DNA of 64,000 nt from an uncultured Chloroflexia bacterium (GTDB taxonomy: Bacteria > Chloroflexota > Anaerolineae > B4-G1 > SLSP01): assembly GCA_963751345.1 (NCBI GenBank), contig CAVVUS010000014.1, positions 160,001 through 224,000 of the forward strand, written 5' to 3'. The notes beneath the pieces were generated by a model, which was given only the letters and a program-made list of their open reading frames with translations, did not search any database and was not told the DNA's origin. Position numbers and translations under genes: made by a program. Positions 24,028-34,990 of the stretch are shown here, one piece after another (position 1 is the first letter of the stretch; every line of letters begins with the position of its first letter).

Positions 24028-24792
24028 ATGCGCCAGGATTATCCCATTTTGGAGTTCGATCCGACCCACAAGGCCATCATCGAGCCCGCCGAAATCATCA
24101 AGCCGGCGGACATCGCACCGGCCTGTGTTGTCTGCTTTTTCCAGGAGGTGCTCAGCCACCTCGTCGAGGAAGGTCAGCTTCGCAAGGTCACCAGCTCGAA
24201 GTCCGAGATCGGCGAGCACCCGTTCTACGACCTGCAGATCGACGATCGACACCTCACCGTCTTCCATCCCGGCATCGGCGCGCCCATGGCCGCGGCGCTC
24301 CTGGAGGAGGCCATCGCGAAAGGGGGGCGGACCTTCGTCGCCTGCGGCGGCGCCGGTGTGCTCAACCGGGAGATCGCCGTGGGCCACCTCGTCGTGCCAA
24401 GCTCGGCGGTGCGAGACGAAGGCACCTCCTACCACTACGCCCCACCGGCCCGCGAGGCTTACGTCTCGGCCCGGGTCGTCCGGACGATCGAGCGCGTCCT
24501 CACACGGCACAAGGTACCCTACGTGGTCGGAAAGACGTGGACGACCGATGCGTTCTACCGTGAGACACCGGGCAAGGTGGCCCTGCGGAAGCAGGAGGGC
24601 TGCCTGACCGTCGAGATGGAAGCCGCAGCCTTCTTCGCTGTGGCAGACTTCCGGGACGTGACCTTCGGCCAGATCCTCTACGGCGGCGACGACGTGAGCG
24701 GCGAGACGTGGGATTCGCGGCGCTGGAACGAGCGCACCTCGGTCCGCGAGAAGCTCTTCTGGCTGGCGGCCGAGGCTTGTCTGGAACTCTGA
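24028..24792 (+). CDS. Nucleoside phosphorylase (PNP_UDP_1 family)
   Basis: GIGAP, AVRDEGTSYHY, WTTDAFYRET, VEMEAAA. Confidence 0.9.
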   Translation: MRQDYPILEFDPTHKAIIEPAEIIKPADIAPACVVCFFQEVLSHLVEEGQLRKVTSSKSEIGEHPFYDLQIDDRHLTVFHPGIGAPMAAALLEEAIAKGGRTFVACGGAGVLNREIAVGHLVVPSSAVRDEGTSYHYAPPAREAYVSARVVRTIERVLTRHKVPYVVGKTWTTDAFYRETPGKVALRKQEGCLTVEMEAAAFFAVADFRDVTFGQILYGGDDVSGETWDSRRWNERTSVREKLFWLAAEACLEL

Positions 24793-24804
24793 AAAGAAGG
24801 GACG

Positions 24805-25368
24805 ATGAACATCTGCGTCTATTGCTCGTCCAGCAATGCCGTGGCTCCGGTCTTCTTCGAAGCGGCCGAGGTCTTGGGGCGTTACATCGCCCGGCGCGGC
24901 GACACGCTGATCTACGGCGGCGCCGACATCGGCCTCATGGGCGCATTGGCGCATGCGGCCAAGGATGGCGGGGGCCGCGTCGTCGGCATCATGCCCGAGC
25001 GCTTGGCGGCCGAACCTATCACGTTCGCAGCAGCAGATGAGTTCATCGTCACGCGCGACATGCGGGAGCGAAAAGCCCGTATGGAGGCCCTGGCAGACGC
25101 GTTTTTCGTCCTGCCGGGCGGCTTCGGCACCCTGGAGGAACTCGCCGAGATCCTGACCCTACGGCAGCTCGGGGAGCACATGAAGCCCATCGTCCTGCTC
25201 AACATCCGGGGATTCTACGATCCCCTGATCGCCCTCTTCGAGCATTACTACCGCGAGGGATTCGCCAAACCATGGCGCGAGCTCTACTACGTCACCGGCG
25301 ACGTGCAGGCAGCATTCGACTACCTGGATCAGTACGAGCCCGTCATGCCTCCCCGCAAATGGCTCTGA
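24805..25368 (+). CDS. LOG family nucleotide 5'-monophosphate nucleosidase (TIGR00730)
   Basis: ICVYCSSS, YGG..IGLMG, MRERK, LPGGFGTLEE. Confidence 0.92.
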   Translation: MNICVYCSSSNAVAPVFFEAAEVLGRYIARRGDTLIYGGADIGLMGALAHAAKDGGGRVVGIMPERLAAEPITFAAADEFIVTRDMRERKARMEALADAFFVLPGGFGTLEELAEILTLRQLGEHMKPIVLLNIRGFYDPLIALFEHYYREGFAKPWRELYYVTGDVQAAFDYLDQYEPVMPPRKWL

Positions 25369-25414
25369 TGTGGAGGGGCAAAGGTGTGATCGACGACACA
25401 GGAGGTCAACCGCC

Positions 25415-26224
25415 ATGGCAGTTCAGCAGGATGACGTTCGCCGGCAGTATCACGACGATTCAAACCTGAACGCACGCAGCGCGCTCCACGAGCGCTTCAG
25501 CACCAACCCCTACGGGTGGCACCGGTGGGTCTTCGACCACCTCACCGTCGCTGCCGGCACAGGTGTGTATCCTCGAACTGGGATGCGGCCCGGGCTATCT
25601 CTGGGACGCCAACCGCGACCGTATCCCCGCCGGCTGGGATCTCACGTTGACCGATTTTTCCGCGGGCATGGTTGAAGCGGCAGTGCAGAAGCTCAACGAC
25701 CTCAACATCCCCCTGACGACAAAGGTCGTCGACGCCCAATCCATCCCCTACGAGGATGGCGACCTTCGACGCCGTGATCGCCAATCATATGCTCTATCAC
25801 GTCCCGGATCGCCGCCAGGCCCTTCGCGAAATCCGCCGCGTCCTCAAGCCAGACGGCTACTTTCTTCGCGACCACCGTGGGCGAACGGCATATGGAAGAA
25901 CTCTGGGATCTGGTGGCGCCCTTCGTCCCCGACATTCACGATCGCGCGCAGCAAAGTCGCCACCGGATTCACTCTGGAGAACGGGGCAGAGCAGATCGCC
26001 GAATTCTTCGACAGCGTGACACGCGACGACTACGAAGATGATCTGGAGGTGACCGAGGTACGACCGGTCGAGGCCTATCTCAAGTCGTCCCCCACCCTCA
26101 TGAACGGCGCGCTCGGATCCCTCCCAGTGGGCGACAGTGCGGCGAACGGTCGCGGCGACACATCGACGCGCGGGGAAGCTTTCACATCCACAAAGCCTCC
26201 GGGATCTTCGTGGCACGTCCCTAG
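25415..26224 (+). CDS. Class I SAM-dependent methyltransferase (split by several frameshifts)
   Basis: AGGAGG RBS; QY.D.SNLNAR..LHERFSTN, ILELGCGPG, FDAVIANHMLYHV, FTLENG in successive frames. Confidence 0.75.
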
Positions 26225-26238
26225 CAAGCGCGATAACG

Positions 26239-27317
26239 ATGACCTCCAACGTTGATCCCGCCTATCCCCTGGTAGACCTCCATCGCCACCTTGAAGGCGC
26301 CATGCGCCTTTCCACCATCCTGGAACTGGCGCAGCAGCACGGCATTCCGATGCCATCCGCCAATCTCGACGCACTACGCCCCTACCTCCAGGCGATGGTA
26401 CCCCAGCCGGGGCTGATGGCCTTTATCGAGAAGATCGACCGGAGTATTCGCGTCCTGGTCGACGCCGACGCGTGTCGCCGCGTGGCCTACGAGTGCGTCG
26501 AGGATGCCGCAGGTGAGGGCATTGACTACGTCGAGGTGCGCTTCAGTCCCAGGTATATGGCCGGCCCGCACGGGCTGGACCCGGCAGACGTAGTGGCGGC
26601 GGTGATCGAAGGTACCCACGCTGCGGCGCGCGACCACGATATCCGGGCCAACCTGATCGGCATCCTGAGTCGCACCTATGGGCTGGAGGCGTGCTGGGAG
26701 GAGTTCGAGGCGCTACGCTGCCATCACGAGCACATCACGGCGATGGACATCGCGGGAGACGAAGCCGCCTGGCCCGCCGAGCTCTTTGCCGAGCACTTCC
26801 GCGCCGGACGGGACCTCGGCTGGTCCATCACGGCGCACGCCGGGGAGGCAGCCGGCCCGGAGAGCATCTGGATTGCCATTCAGCAGCTAGGCGCCACCCG
26901 CATTGGCCACGGCCTCCACGCCATTGAGGACCCTGCCTTGATGGACTTTATGGCCGAACACACCATCGCGCTGGAGGTCAGCCTCACCAGCAACGTGCAG
27001 ATCAGCGCCGTGCCGGACTACGCCAGCCACCCCATCAAGACCTACGTCGAACGCGGGATCCCGGTCACCCTCAATACCGACGACCCGGCCGTGAGCCGGA
27101 TCACGCTGGCCCACGAGTACGACGTCGCCGCGCCCGCAGCAGGTCTCACCCGCGAAGAGATCCACCAGATCCAGCGCAACGCCCTCTCGGCCGCATTCCT
27201 CGACGACGCCACCCGCACAGCGCTCGAAGCCAGGAAACGCGGCAGTAAGGAACTGGGAACGAGAACCGGTTTCTCTACGCCAGCCGCGCTGCCCCAACCG
27301 GAAGGCGACCTTGTTGA
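26239..27317 (+). CDS. add: Adenosine deaminase (true 3' end ~27250-27317; stop lost by an indel)
   Basis: DLHRHLEG, EVRFSP, DIAGDE, TAHAGE, RIGHG, LTSN, LNTDDP. Confidence 0.9.
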
Positions 27318-27861
27318 CGTCAGCGTACTTCTGGGGCACGCGCCGCAGAATCGCCGCCTCCCACACCTGCGGATCGGTCTCCAGATGGGACGAGAGCGCG
27401 GCAAGCATGATGGTATTGACCGTCCGCGTGTTGCCTGCCTGCTCAGCCAGCGGCAGTGCATCCACGACGACGACCTCGGCGGCGCGCTTCCGCAGAGCGG
27501 CAAGGATCGCGTCTTCGTCAGGGTAGACGGCGTTCCCCACGCTGATCGACATCGGCATGATCCGCTGGCGATTGACCACGACCGTGCCTCCGGGACGCAG
27601 CCAGTCGATCCAACGCAGAGCCTCAAGCAATTCAAACGCCATCAGCAGGTCGACCGTGCCCTTCTCCGAGGTGGGCGAGCCGACCGACGGCGCCCAGCGA
27701 ATGTGGCTCTCCACCACACCGCCGCGCTGCGCGAAGCCGTGGACCTCCGACTTCTTCGCATCCAATCCCAGGTCCAGCCCCACCTGGGCTGCGATATCCG
27801 ATGCTGTGAGAATGCCTTGCCCGCCGACGCCGACGAAGAGCATGTTGAGTGTTTTGATCAT
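27275..27861 (-). CDS. iorB: Indolepyruvate:ferredoxin oxidoreductase beta subunit (stop lost by an indel)
   Basis: VGVGGQGIL, SEVHGFAQRGG, AFELLEALR, NTIML. Confidence 0.9.
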
Positions 27862-29668
27862 AGTGCCTCCGGGGCTATCGCCTGCACCGGACAGACCTGC
27901 ATACAGACCGTGCAGCCCGTGCAGAGCAAGGGGTCGATCGCTGCTTTTCGCTTGCCGCTGGTTGCGTAGATCTCATCACTCTTGATGACAGCCGGGCAGC
28001 CTACGTTGAAGCACGAACCACACGTGACGCATTTCGCCGGGTCGACGTGCATCTTGGGCTGCGGGTGGAAGTAGGGCGTGAAGACACACGCGCCGCGCAC
28101 GACGACGACCGCCGGGCCATCCTCGTGTCGGGTGGCATTGCGCAGGGTCTTGTTCACGCCGTCCACGTTCCAGGCATCGACCTCTTCCACAAAGGTGACG
28201 CCCATCGCGCGGCAGACCGCTCGCGATATCGATCTCCTTGTTTTGGTCGCCCTGGAGCGTGATGCCCGTCCCGGGATGTTCCTGCTGCCCGGTCATCGCC
28301 GTGATGCGGTTGTCGAGGATGGCAACCGTGATGTTGCTCCGGTTGTAGACGGCAGAAGCCAGCGGCGCCATACCCGAGTGGAAGAAGGTGCTGTCGCCGA
28401 TGGTGGCGATGGCGGTCTCCTGTCCTCCGGCGCGCTCAAAGCCGTGGGCCATCCCGATGCTGGCGCCCATCGAGATCAACATGTCGACGGCTTCGAAAGG
28501 AGGTAAGGCGCCCATCGAATAGCAGCCGATGTCGCCTGCAATCATACCTTTGCGCTTATACCGCCGCAGGTTGTAGAAGAAAGCGCGGTGTGGGCAGCCC
28601 GGGCAGAGCGCCGGCGAACGCTCGGGGACGGAAACTTCGGTCACTGGCGCGGGCTCCTCACGCGGTGCCTCTTCCAACAGCCCGGCCTCGTAGGCCGCCC
28701 GGCGCACCCTGGCGAGCGTGAGCTCGCCGCACGCCGGGACCACGTCCTTACCGTGGGCGACCTCGATCCCCGCAGCCTTGAGTTGCTCCTCGATAAAGGG
28801 ATCCAACTCCTCGATGACGATCAGCGAATCCACGGCGTCGGCGAACTCGCGGATCTTCGCGATGGGAAGAGGATAGCTCATGCCCAGCTTCAGGATCGAC
28901 TTGTTCCCGAGGACTTCGCGCACGTATTGGTAGGTGATCCCCGTGGTCACGATGCCAACGTCGGTATCACCCCACTCGATGCGATTGACCCCACGGTCAA
29001 ACCCCTCGGTCGCGGACCACGCTGCCACGTGCAGCGAGCCGCTCCTCAATCTCCGGATGACGCCGGCGCGCCACAGCCGGCATGATCACCCGATCGACGC
29101 CGTCCTCACGGTCAAAGCGAGCCAGGGGCTGGAACTGGCGTTCGCCCGGCACCTGTGCCTCAACCGCCGATTTGGAGTGCGAGAGGCGCGTGGTCGAGCG
29201 GAGCATCACGGGCGTGCGGAAAGTCTCGCTGACGTCCAGTGCCACGCCCACAAACCGCCGCGCGTCCTCACTATCCGAGGGATCGAAGCAGGGGAACTTG
29301 CCGATCCGGGCGTATTGCCGGTTGTCCTGCTCGTTCTGCGAGGAGAAAGCGCCGGGATCGTCGGCGCTTACGAGGACCAGCCCTCCCTTGACGCCCGTGT
29401 AGGAAACCGACATCAAGCTGTCGGCCGCCACGTTCACCCCCACGTGCTTCATCGCGCAGAGTGTCCTGGCCCCACCGAAAGAGGCCCCAACCACGTTATC
29501 CAGTGCCACCTTCTCGTTGCTGGCCCATTCGGCGCGTACCCCCGGATAACGCGCGAAGGCCTCAAGGACCTCCGTCGAAGGCGTGCCCGGATAAGCGGAG
29601 GCATATTGAACGCCTGCCTCCCAGGCGCCAAGCGCGATGGCTTCATTCCCCGAAAGCAGCACCTTCAT
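27858..29668 (-). CDS. iorA: Indolepyruvate:ferredoxin oxidoreductase alpha subunit (frameshifts ~29010 and ~28215)
   Basis: LLSGNEAIALGA, YPGTPSTE, NEKVA, MKHVG, SSQNEQD, LCPGCPHR, GDSTFFHSG, TAMTG, C-terminal 2x[4Fe-4S] motifs. Confidence 0.93.
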
Positions 29669-29702
29669 TCACTAACCTCCTGACCGAATAGGACATCGTC
29701 GC

Positions 29703-29738
29703 AACAAGAAAACGCGTGCCTCCGCACCGAGGACGCGT
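29703..29738 (-). terminator. Leader terminator upstream of iorA
   Basis: Minus strand ACGCGT-CCTC-GGTGCG-GAGG-C-ACGCGT-TTTCTTG, overlapping the leader ORF stop. Confidence 0.6.
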
Positions 29739-29791
29739 CACCGTACAGATGTGGGCAAGAAAAGTATAGCTATGCGACTTTCGCTGTCCAT
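29738..29791 (-). CDS. Candidate 17-aa attenuator leader peptide MDSESRIAILFLPTSVR
   Basis: GGGGAAGG-N5-ATG RBS; rare codons ATA GCT ATA CTT TTC TTG; stop runs directly into the hairpin. Confidence 0.5.
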   Translation of the reverse strand: MDSESRIAILFLPTSVR

Positions 29792-29876
29792 GATAGCCTT
29801 CCCCAATATCCGCGTCATCTGTCCGCTCTCGTCGCCGACGCCGGAATGGTGTGATAGGGAATCTCCGCGACGGCGT

Positions 29877-29904
29877 TTGTCGCCCGACCAACAATCGTTA
29901 TAAT
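29877..29904 (+). promoter_or_regulatory. Sigma-70 promoter
   Basis: TTGTCG-N16-TATAAT. Confidence 0.55.
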
Positions 29905-29948
29905 GGGCCGGGGTCGGCCCCACTTCTCAATCGGTGCAAAGACCAGTT

Positions 29949-31628
29949 ATGGCTCTAAGAACGCTCTACCAGGCACTATTGGACAGCGATCCATCACGCC
30001 TCCGCGTCATGGCGCGCCTATGGAAGGTGGAGCTGAGCACAAGCCGCAGGACCGACATGGCCGCGGAGTTGGTCAATGCCATCGCCTCTGCAGAAGCCGT
30101 CGCCGACGGCCTGGAGCATCTCTCATCTGAGGAGCGAGAAGCCCTGGACGACCTCGTTCGGGAAGGGGGACTTTTCCCCTGGGCCATCTTCTCGCGACGA
30201 TGGGGAGAGGTGCGCACGGCGGGGCCGGGGCGTGTCGAGCGGGAGGAACTGTGGCGTGCACCCATCTCGGCTGCGGAAGCCCTGTGGTATATGGGATGGG
30301 TCCACAGGGCATTTGACGAGCAGAGAGGCCGGGCTGTCGAGATGGCCTTCGTGCCGGAGGACCTGATGCTCTACGTGCCGGGACCCCCACCTGTGCAGAT
30401 TCCTCCCCCCCCTGAGACCTCGCCACCATCCAACGTCGTCGACGGTGAGGACGCCCTGGCCGATGATCTGGTCACGCTGTGGTCGGCGGTCCAGCGGTCC
30501 GACGATAATCGTGACCATCTGCTCACGGAGATCCACGCGCCTGCCGCACAGCGATTGCACTTTCTCGAGACGCTCTCGGTGGAAAGCGGATGGCTGCGCA
30601 GCGTTGAGGACGAGAAGCTGAGTCCGGTACCCGCCACGATCCTTACCTGGCTGCAATCAGACCCCTGGGCCCAGTGGTCGAGCCTGGCAGAAGCGTGGAT
30701 CGCCAGCGAACAGTGGGATGACCTCGCCCACGTGGAGACGCTTGTACCCGATCCGGTCAATGGCTGGCCACACGATACTCGGGCCGCGCGACAGGCGCTT
30801 CTCCAAATCTTGCGGAAATGCGATCCTGACCGGTGGTACGGTCTCGAGGCGTTCGTTGGCTATGCCAAGCGCTATGCCGCAGACTTTCTACGTCCTGACG
30901 GGGACTATGAATCCTGGGCGCCGAGGGACGCTCGCACAGATGCGCCACTGCGGGGCTTTGACGGTTGGCACGCGGTGGAAGGTGCCCTGATCCTGCAGAT
31001 ACTCAGGGGCCCCCTGTTCTGGCTGGGCCTTGTGAGCCTGGATGCTCCGCAGGCTGACGCGGCCTCTACCGCCTTCCGATTGACAGAGGCCGGCGCTGCC
31101 ATCCTCGCCCAACGGGATGCCCCGGATATCCGCGCTTCATCCCTTATGTCACTGGAGAGCGACGGCGAGATCAGCGTGTCCCGCAGGCGACGTTACGAAC
31201 GATTCCAACTTAGCCGAATCGCCGATCCTGTCGGTGCACCGGGCAACTACCGCTATCGTCTATCTCCGTCGTCTCTGGAACGCGCGAAGCAGCAGCACAT
31301 ACCTTACGAACGTGTCATCACATTCCTCGAAAAGGGCACCAGCTCCGGCAGCCTGCCGCCTTACCTAAAGGCCGCGATTCAGCGTGCCTATCAGGGCAAG
31401 CCGGGCGCGAGTCTCGCCCGGCGATGGATACTGCAGATCCCCGACCCTCAGGTCCTGCAGATGCCGGCCATTCGTAGTCTCGTCGTGGAACAGCTCTCTG
31501 ACAGCCTGGTCGCGATCCGCGACGAGGACCGAGCGCGCGCGGCGCAGATCCTCCTGGAGAACGGCTATCCTGACGGACTTCAGGGGAGACTGATCAGCAG
31601 TTGGGGAATTCAGAGGATAAAGCTATAA
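29949..31628 (+). CDS. Helicase-associated domain protein (XPB/Ssl2 N-terminal, Helicase_C_3-like); true stop possibly 31593
   Basis: ERFQLSRIAD...YRYRLSPSSLERA pattern; no Walker motifs seen. Confidence 0.6.
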   Translation: MALRTLYQALLDSDPSRLRVMARLWKVELSTSRRTDMAAELVNAIASAEAVADGLEHLSSEEREALDDLVREGGLFPWAIFSRRWGEVRTAGPGRVEREELWRAPISAAEALWYMGWVHRAFDEQRGRAVEMAFVPEDLMLYVPGPPPVQIPPPPETSPPSNVVDGEDALADDLVTLWSAVQRSDDNRDHLLTEIHAPAAQRLHFLETLSVESGWLRSVEDEKLSPVPATILTWLQSDPWAQWSSLAEAWIASEQWDDLAHVETLVPDPVNGWPHDTRAARQALLQILRKCDPDRWYGLEAFVGYAKRYAADFLRPDGDYESWAPRDARTDAPLRGFDGWHAVEGALILQILRGPLFWLGLVSLDAPQADAASTAFRLTEAGAAILAQRDAPDIRASSLMSLESDGEISVSRRRRYERFQLSRIADPVGAPGNYRYRLSPSSLERAKQQHIPYERVITFLEKGTSSGSLPPYLKAAIQRAYQGKPGASLARRWILQIPDPQVLQMPAIRSLVVEQLSDSLVAIRDEDRARAAQILLENGYPDGLQGRLISSWGIQRIKL

Positions 31629-31654
31629 TCATGCCCTGGACCCGGGAGGTCTCT

Positions 31655-32822
31655 ATGTCCGAACATCCGCTTCAGAAGAAAGTCAGCGATGCGTTCTACT
31701 CACGATTCCAGCGCCGCCCCGCCATGGTGGTGCGCGCGCCGGGGAGAGTGAACCTGATCGGCGAGCATACCGACTACAACGACGGGTTCGTCCTCCCGGT
31801 TGCCGTCGACCGGGCGGCTTGGTTGGCGGTCGCGCCCCGAGGCGATGGGTGGGCTACTGTTCGCGCGATGGATATGAGAAACGACGAGAAGAAGTTCCCC
31901 GTGGACTACGTCCCTTCCTCCGGAGGGGGATGGGCCGACTATCCCAAGGGCGTCATATGGGCTTTGCTGGAAGAGGGACACTCTCCTGTTGGCATCGACG
32001 CCGTGCTTACCTCGGATGTGCCCGTTGGGGCGGGGATGTCGTCATCGGCTGCGGTGGAAGTCGCCTTTGCCTACGCGTGGGACCAGTTGGGTGACCTCGG
32101 GTTTGAAGTTATCCGAGATCGCGCTGCTCTGTCAGAAGGCCGAGAACCAGTATGTCGGTGTCAACTGCGGGATTATGGACCAGATGATCAGCGCGTGCGG
32201 TAAGGCCGGCTTTGCCATGATGCTGGATACCCGAACGCTCGAACGTGCCTACTTCACCATCCCCGAGGGCATCGCCATCGTCGTGGCGGACAGCACGGTG
32301 CGGCGGGCGTTGACCGGGTCGGAATACAACGTCCGACGCGCGCAGTGTGAACAAGCCGTTAGCATCCTGGAGAAGCATCTGCCCGACGTGAAAGCACTGA
32401 GGGACGTGACTCCCCACCAGCTGGAGCGGTTCCGTGACGAAATGCCCGAGGTCGTCTACCGCAGGGCACGCCACGTCGTCACCGAGAACAACCGGGTTCT
32501 CCAGGTTTCCCGCGACCTCTACGAGCACCGCATCGAGCACGTTGGGGAATTGCTCGTCGAGGGGCATCGCAGTCTTCGGGACGACTATGAGGTAAGCATC
32601 CCGGAATTGGACACGCTCGTTGAAGCGGCGGTCGAGGTCGACGGCTGCTATGGCGCGCGGCTGACCGGGGCCGGATTCGGGGGATGTATCATCGCCCTGG
32701 CCGACGAAGATGCCGTGCCGGAGATCGAGACGCACCTGAACCAGGTCTACGATGATGCATACGGGAAACAGCCCACGGTATATGTGACGCTTGCCGACGA
32801 TGGCGTGGCCAGGATGGCCTGA
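31655..32822 (+). CDS. galK: Galactokinase (frameshift ~32105)
   Basis: APGRVNLIGEHTDYNDG, PVGAGMSSSAA, CGIMDQ, GARLTGAGFGG. Confidence 0.95.
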
Positions 32823-32826
32823 TCCC

Positions 32827-34132
32827 ATGGACTGGCATAAGGTCTACGCAGACAAATCGACGACTGCCGAGGCAGCAATTCGGGCCACGGTGCGGTCAGA
32901 TACCCGCATCTTCATGACCGGGAACTGCAGCGTGCCGCGGGTTCTCACCGACGCGCTCCTCGCCTATGCACCGAACGTGGAAAACGTGGAGATCGCGCAA
33001 CCGCTGACGGTGGGACCGGCGCCTTGGAACGAGCCGGAGATGCAGGGCCACCTGCGATCGAATTCGATGTTCATCGGCCACAACGTCCGTAAGGCCGTTT
33101 GGGAGAAGCGCGCCGACTATACCCCCGTCCTGCTCTCAGAGCTTCCCCTCCTCTTCAAGCGCAACGTGCTCCCGGTCGACGTGGCTTTCATACACCTATC
33201 GCCGCCCGATCCCCAGGGATACTGCTCCTTCAGCATCGAGACCGGGCTGACCAAGAGCGCTGCGGAGGCCGCCAGATGCCGCGTTGCACAGATCAACCGG
33301 CAGATGCCCTATATCCTGGGGGACACCCTGATCCACGTGAGTGACCTTGATTACGTGGTCGAGGTGGACACACCACTTGATGAGTTCGCTATGGCAGGCG
33401 ACTCCGATGATCCGGTAACGGAGCGCATCGCCAAGATACATCGCGGAACTGATCCCGGACGGCGCGACCTTGCAGTTGGGCATCGGCGCCATCGCGGATT
33501 CCGTCCTACCGCACCTGCAGGACAGAAAGGATCTCGGCATTCATACCGAGCTCTTCTCCGATGGTGTGATCTCCCTGGTGGAAAAGGGTATCATTACGGG
33601 AGCACGGAAGACGTTGCACCCGGGCAAGATCACGGCAGGCTTTGTGTTGGGATCACGTGATCTTTACGCCTGGCTGGATCACAACGATATGGTGGAGTTG
33701 CACCGTACCGAGTACGTCAACGATCCATACGTCGTCGGCCAGAACTACCGCCAGGTAGCGATCAATGGCGCGATCGAGGTCGATTTGACAGGCCAGGTGT
33801 GCGCCGACAGTATCGGGCCCAAGTTCTACAGCGGCGTCGGTGGGCAGATGGATTTCATCTATGGGGCGTCGCGCAGCGAAGGTGGCGTGCCGATCATTGC
33901 GCTTCCGAGTACGGCCAGGGGAGACACCATGAGCCGGATCGTGCCGACGCTGAAACCCGGGGCGGGAGTCGTAACGTCCCGTAACCATGTTCACTGGGTA
34001 GTGACGGAATACGGAGCCGTGGATCTCTATGGTAAGAGCATCCGGCAGCGAGTGGAGGCATTGACCGGCATCGCGCATCCCAAGTTCCGCGACGCTTTGG
34101 TCGAGCAAGCCAGAGCATTAGACTATGTATAG
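32827..34132 (+). CDS. Acetyl-CoA hydrolase/transferase family protein (4-hydroxybutyrate CoA-transferase-like; frameshift ~33435)
   Basis: LQLGIG, DLGIHTE, EVDLTGQVCADS, SGVGGQMDF, VVTEYG, IAHPKFR. Confidence 0.9.
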
Positions 34133-34150
34133 ACCACAGGAGGTGTAGTC

Positions 34151-34990
34151 TTGTACCACGCACTTGTCGCCATCAAACAGGTGCCTGACACTACAAACAT
34201 CCGCATCGATCCCGATACCGGGAACCTGGTGCGCGAAGGGGTCCCGGCAATCATGAATCCCTATGACGCGCACGCGCTTGCGGCTGCAATTGAGTGGAAG
34301 CACAAACTGAACGGGAAAGTCACCGTAGTCTCCATGGGTCCACCTTCCTTCACCACCACCATCCGCGAAGCTATAGAGTTGGGTGCGGATCGCGGAATCC
34401 TGGTCTCGGACCGCAAGTTTGCAGGCGCCGATACCCTGGCCACGTCCTACGTGCTCGCCAGCGTCATCAAGGCCATCCACGAGCAAGACCCCATCGATCT
34501 CATCTTCTTCGGAAAACAGGCGATCGACGGGGACACAGCCCAGGTCGGCCCCGGTGTCGCCGTGCGGTTGGACTTCCCCATCGTGACGTATGCCGTCAAC
34601 ATCCGTGCCGTGGATCTGGATGATTCAACGGTCGTGGTTGAGCGGAAGACGGAGCGGTGGACCGAGGTTATAGAGGTCCCTCTGCCCGCCCTGTTGACGT
34701 GTGAGAAAGAAATCGCGGAGATTCCTTTCGCCCCGCTGCCTGCCCTGATCAAGTCCTTGCGATACGAGCCCGAAGTGTGGACCATCGAGGGGCCGGTCGA
34801 GTTCAATGCCGACATGATCGGCGTGCGAGGCTCACCTACCATCGTCTATAAGATGGGCACGCCGCCTCTGCCCGAGCCCGGCGAGAAGATCAACACGCGC
34901 GAGGCAGGGATGGAGGTCGCATTGGACTACATGTTCAAGAGAGCAGACGAGCTAGGTGTGCTCAGCACGATGGTTGGAGGTGCAGAATGA
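34151..34990 (+). CDS. fixA: Electron transfer flavoprotein beta subunit FixA
   Basis: IKQVPDT, NPYD, SMGP, FAGADTLATS, GKQAIDGDTAQVGP, GSPT. Confidence 0.92.
   Translation: MYHALVAIKQVPDTTNIRIDPDTGNLVREGVPAIMNPYDAHALAAAIEWKHKLNGKVTVVSMGPPSFTTTIREAIELGADRGILVSDRKFAGADTLATSYVLASVIKAIHEQDPIDLIFFGKQAIDGDTAQVGPGVAVRLDFPIVTYAVNIRAVDLDDSTVVVERKTERWTEVIEVPLPALLTCEKEIAEIPFAPLPALIKSLRYEPEVWTIEGPVEFNADMIGVRGSPTIVYKMGTPPLPEPGEKINTREAGMEVALDYMFKRADELGVLSTMVGGAE

Noticed and set aside
22921-24954. 677-aa minus-strand ORF
   Set aside because: Antisense shadow of the GRE and nucleoside phosphorylase genes.
26137-27969. 610-aa adenosine deaminase fusion
   Set aside because: The extension is the antisense of iorB; one missing base restores normal stops.
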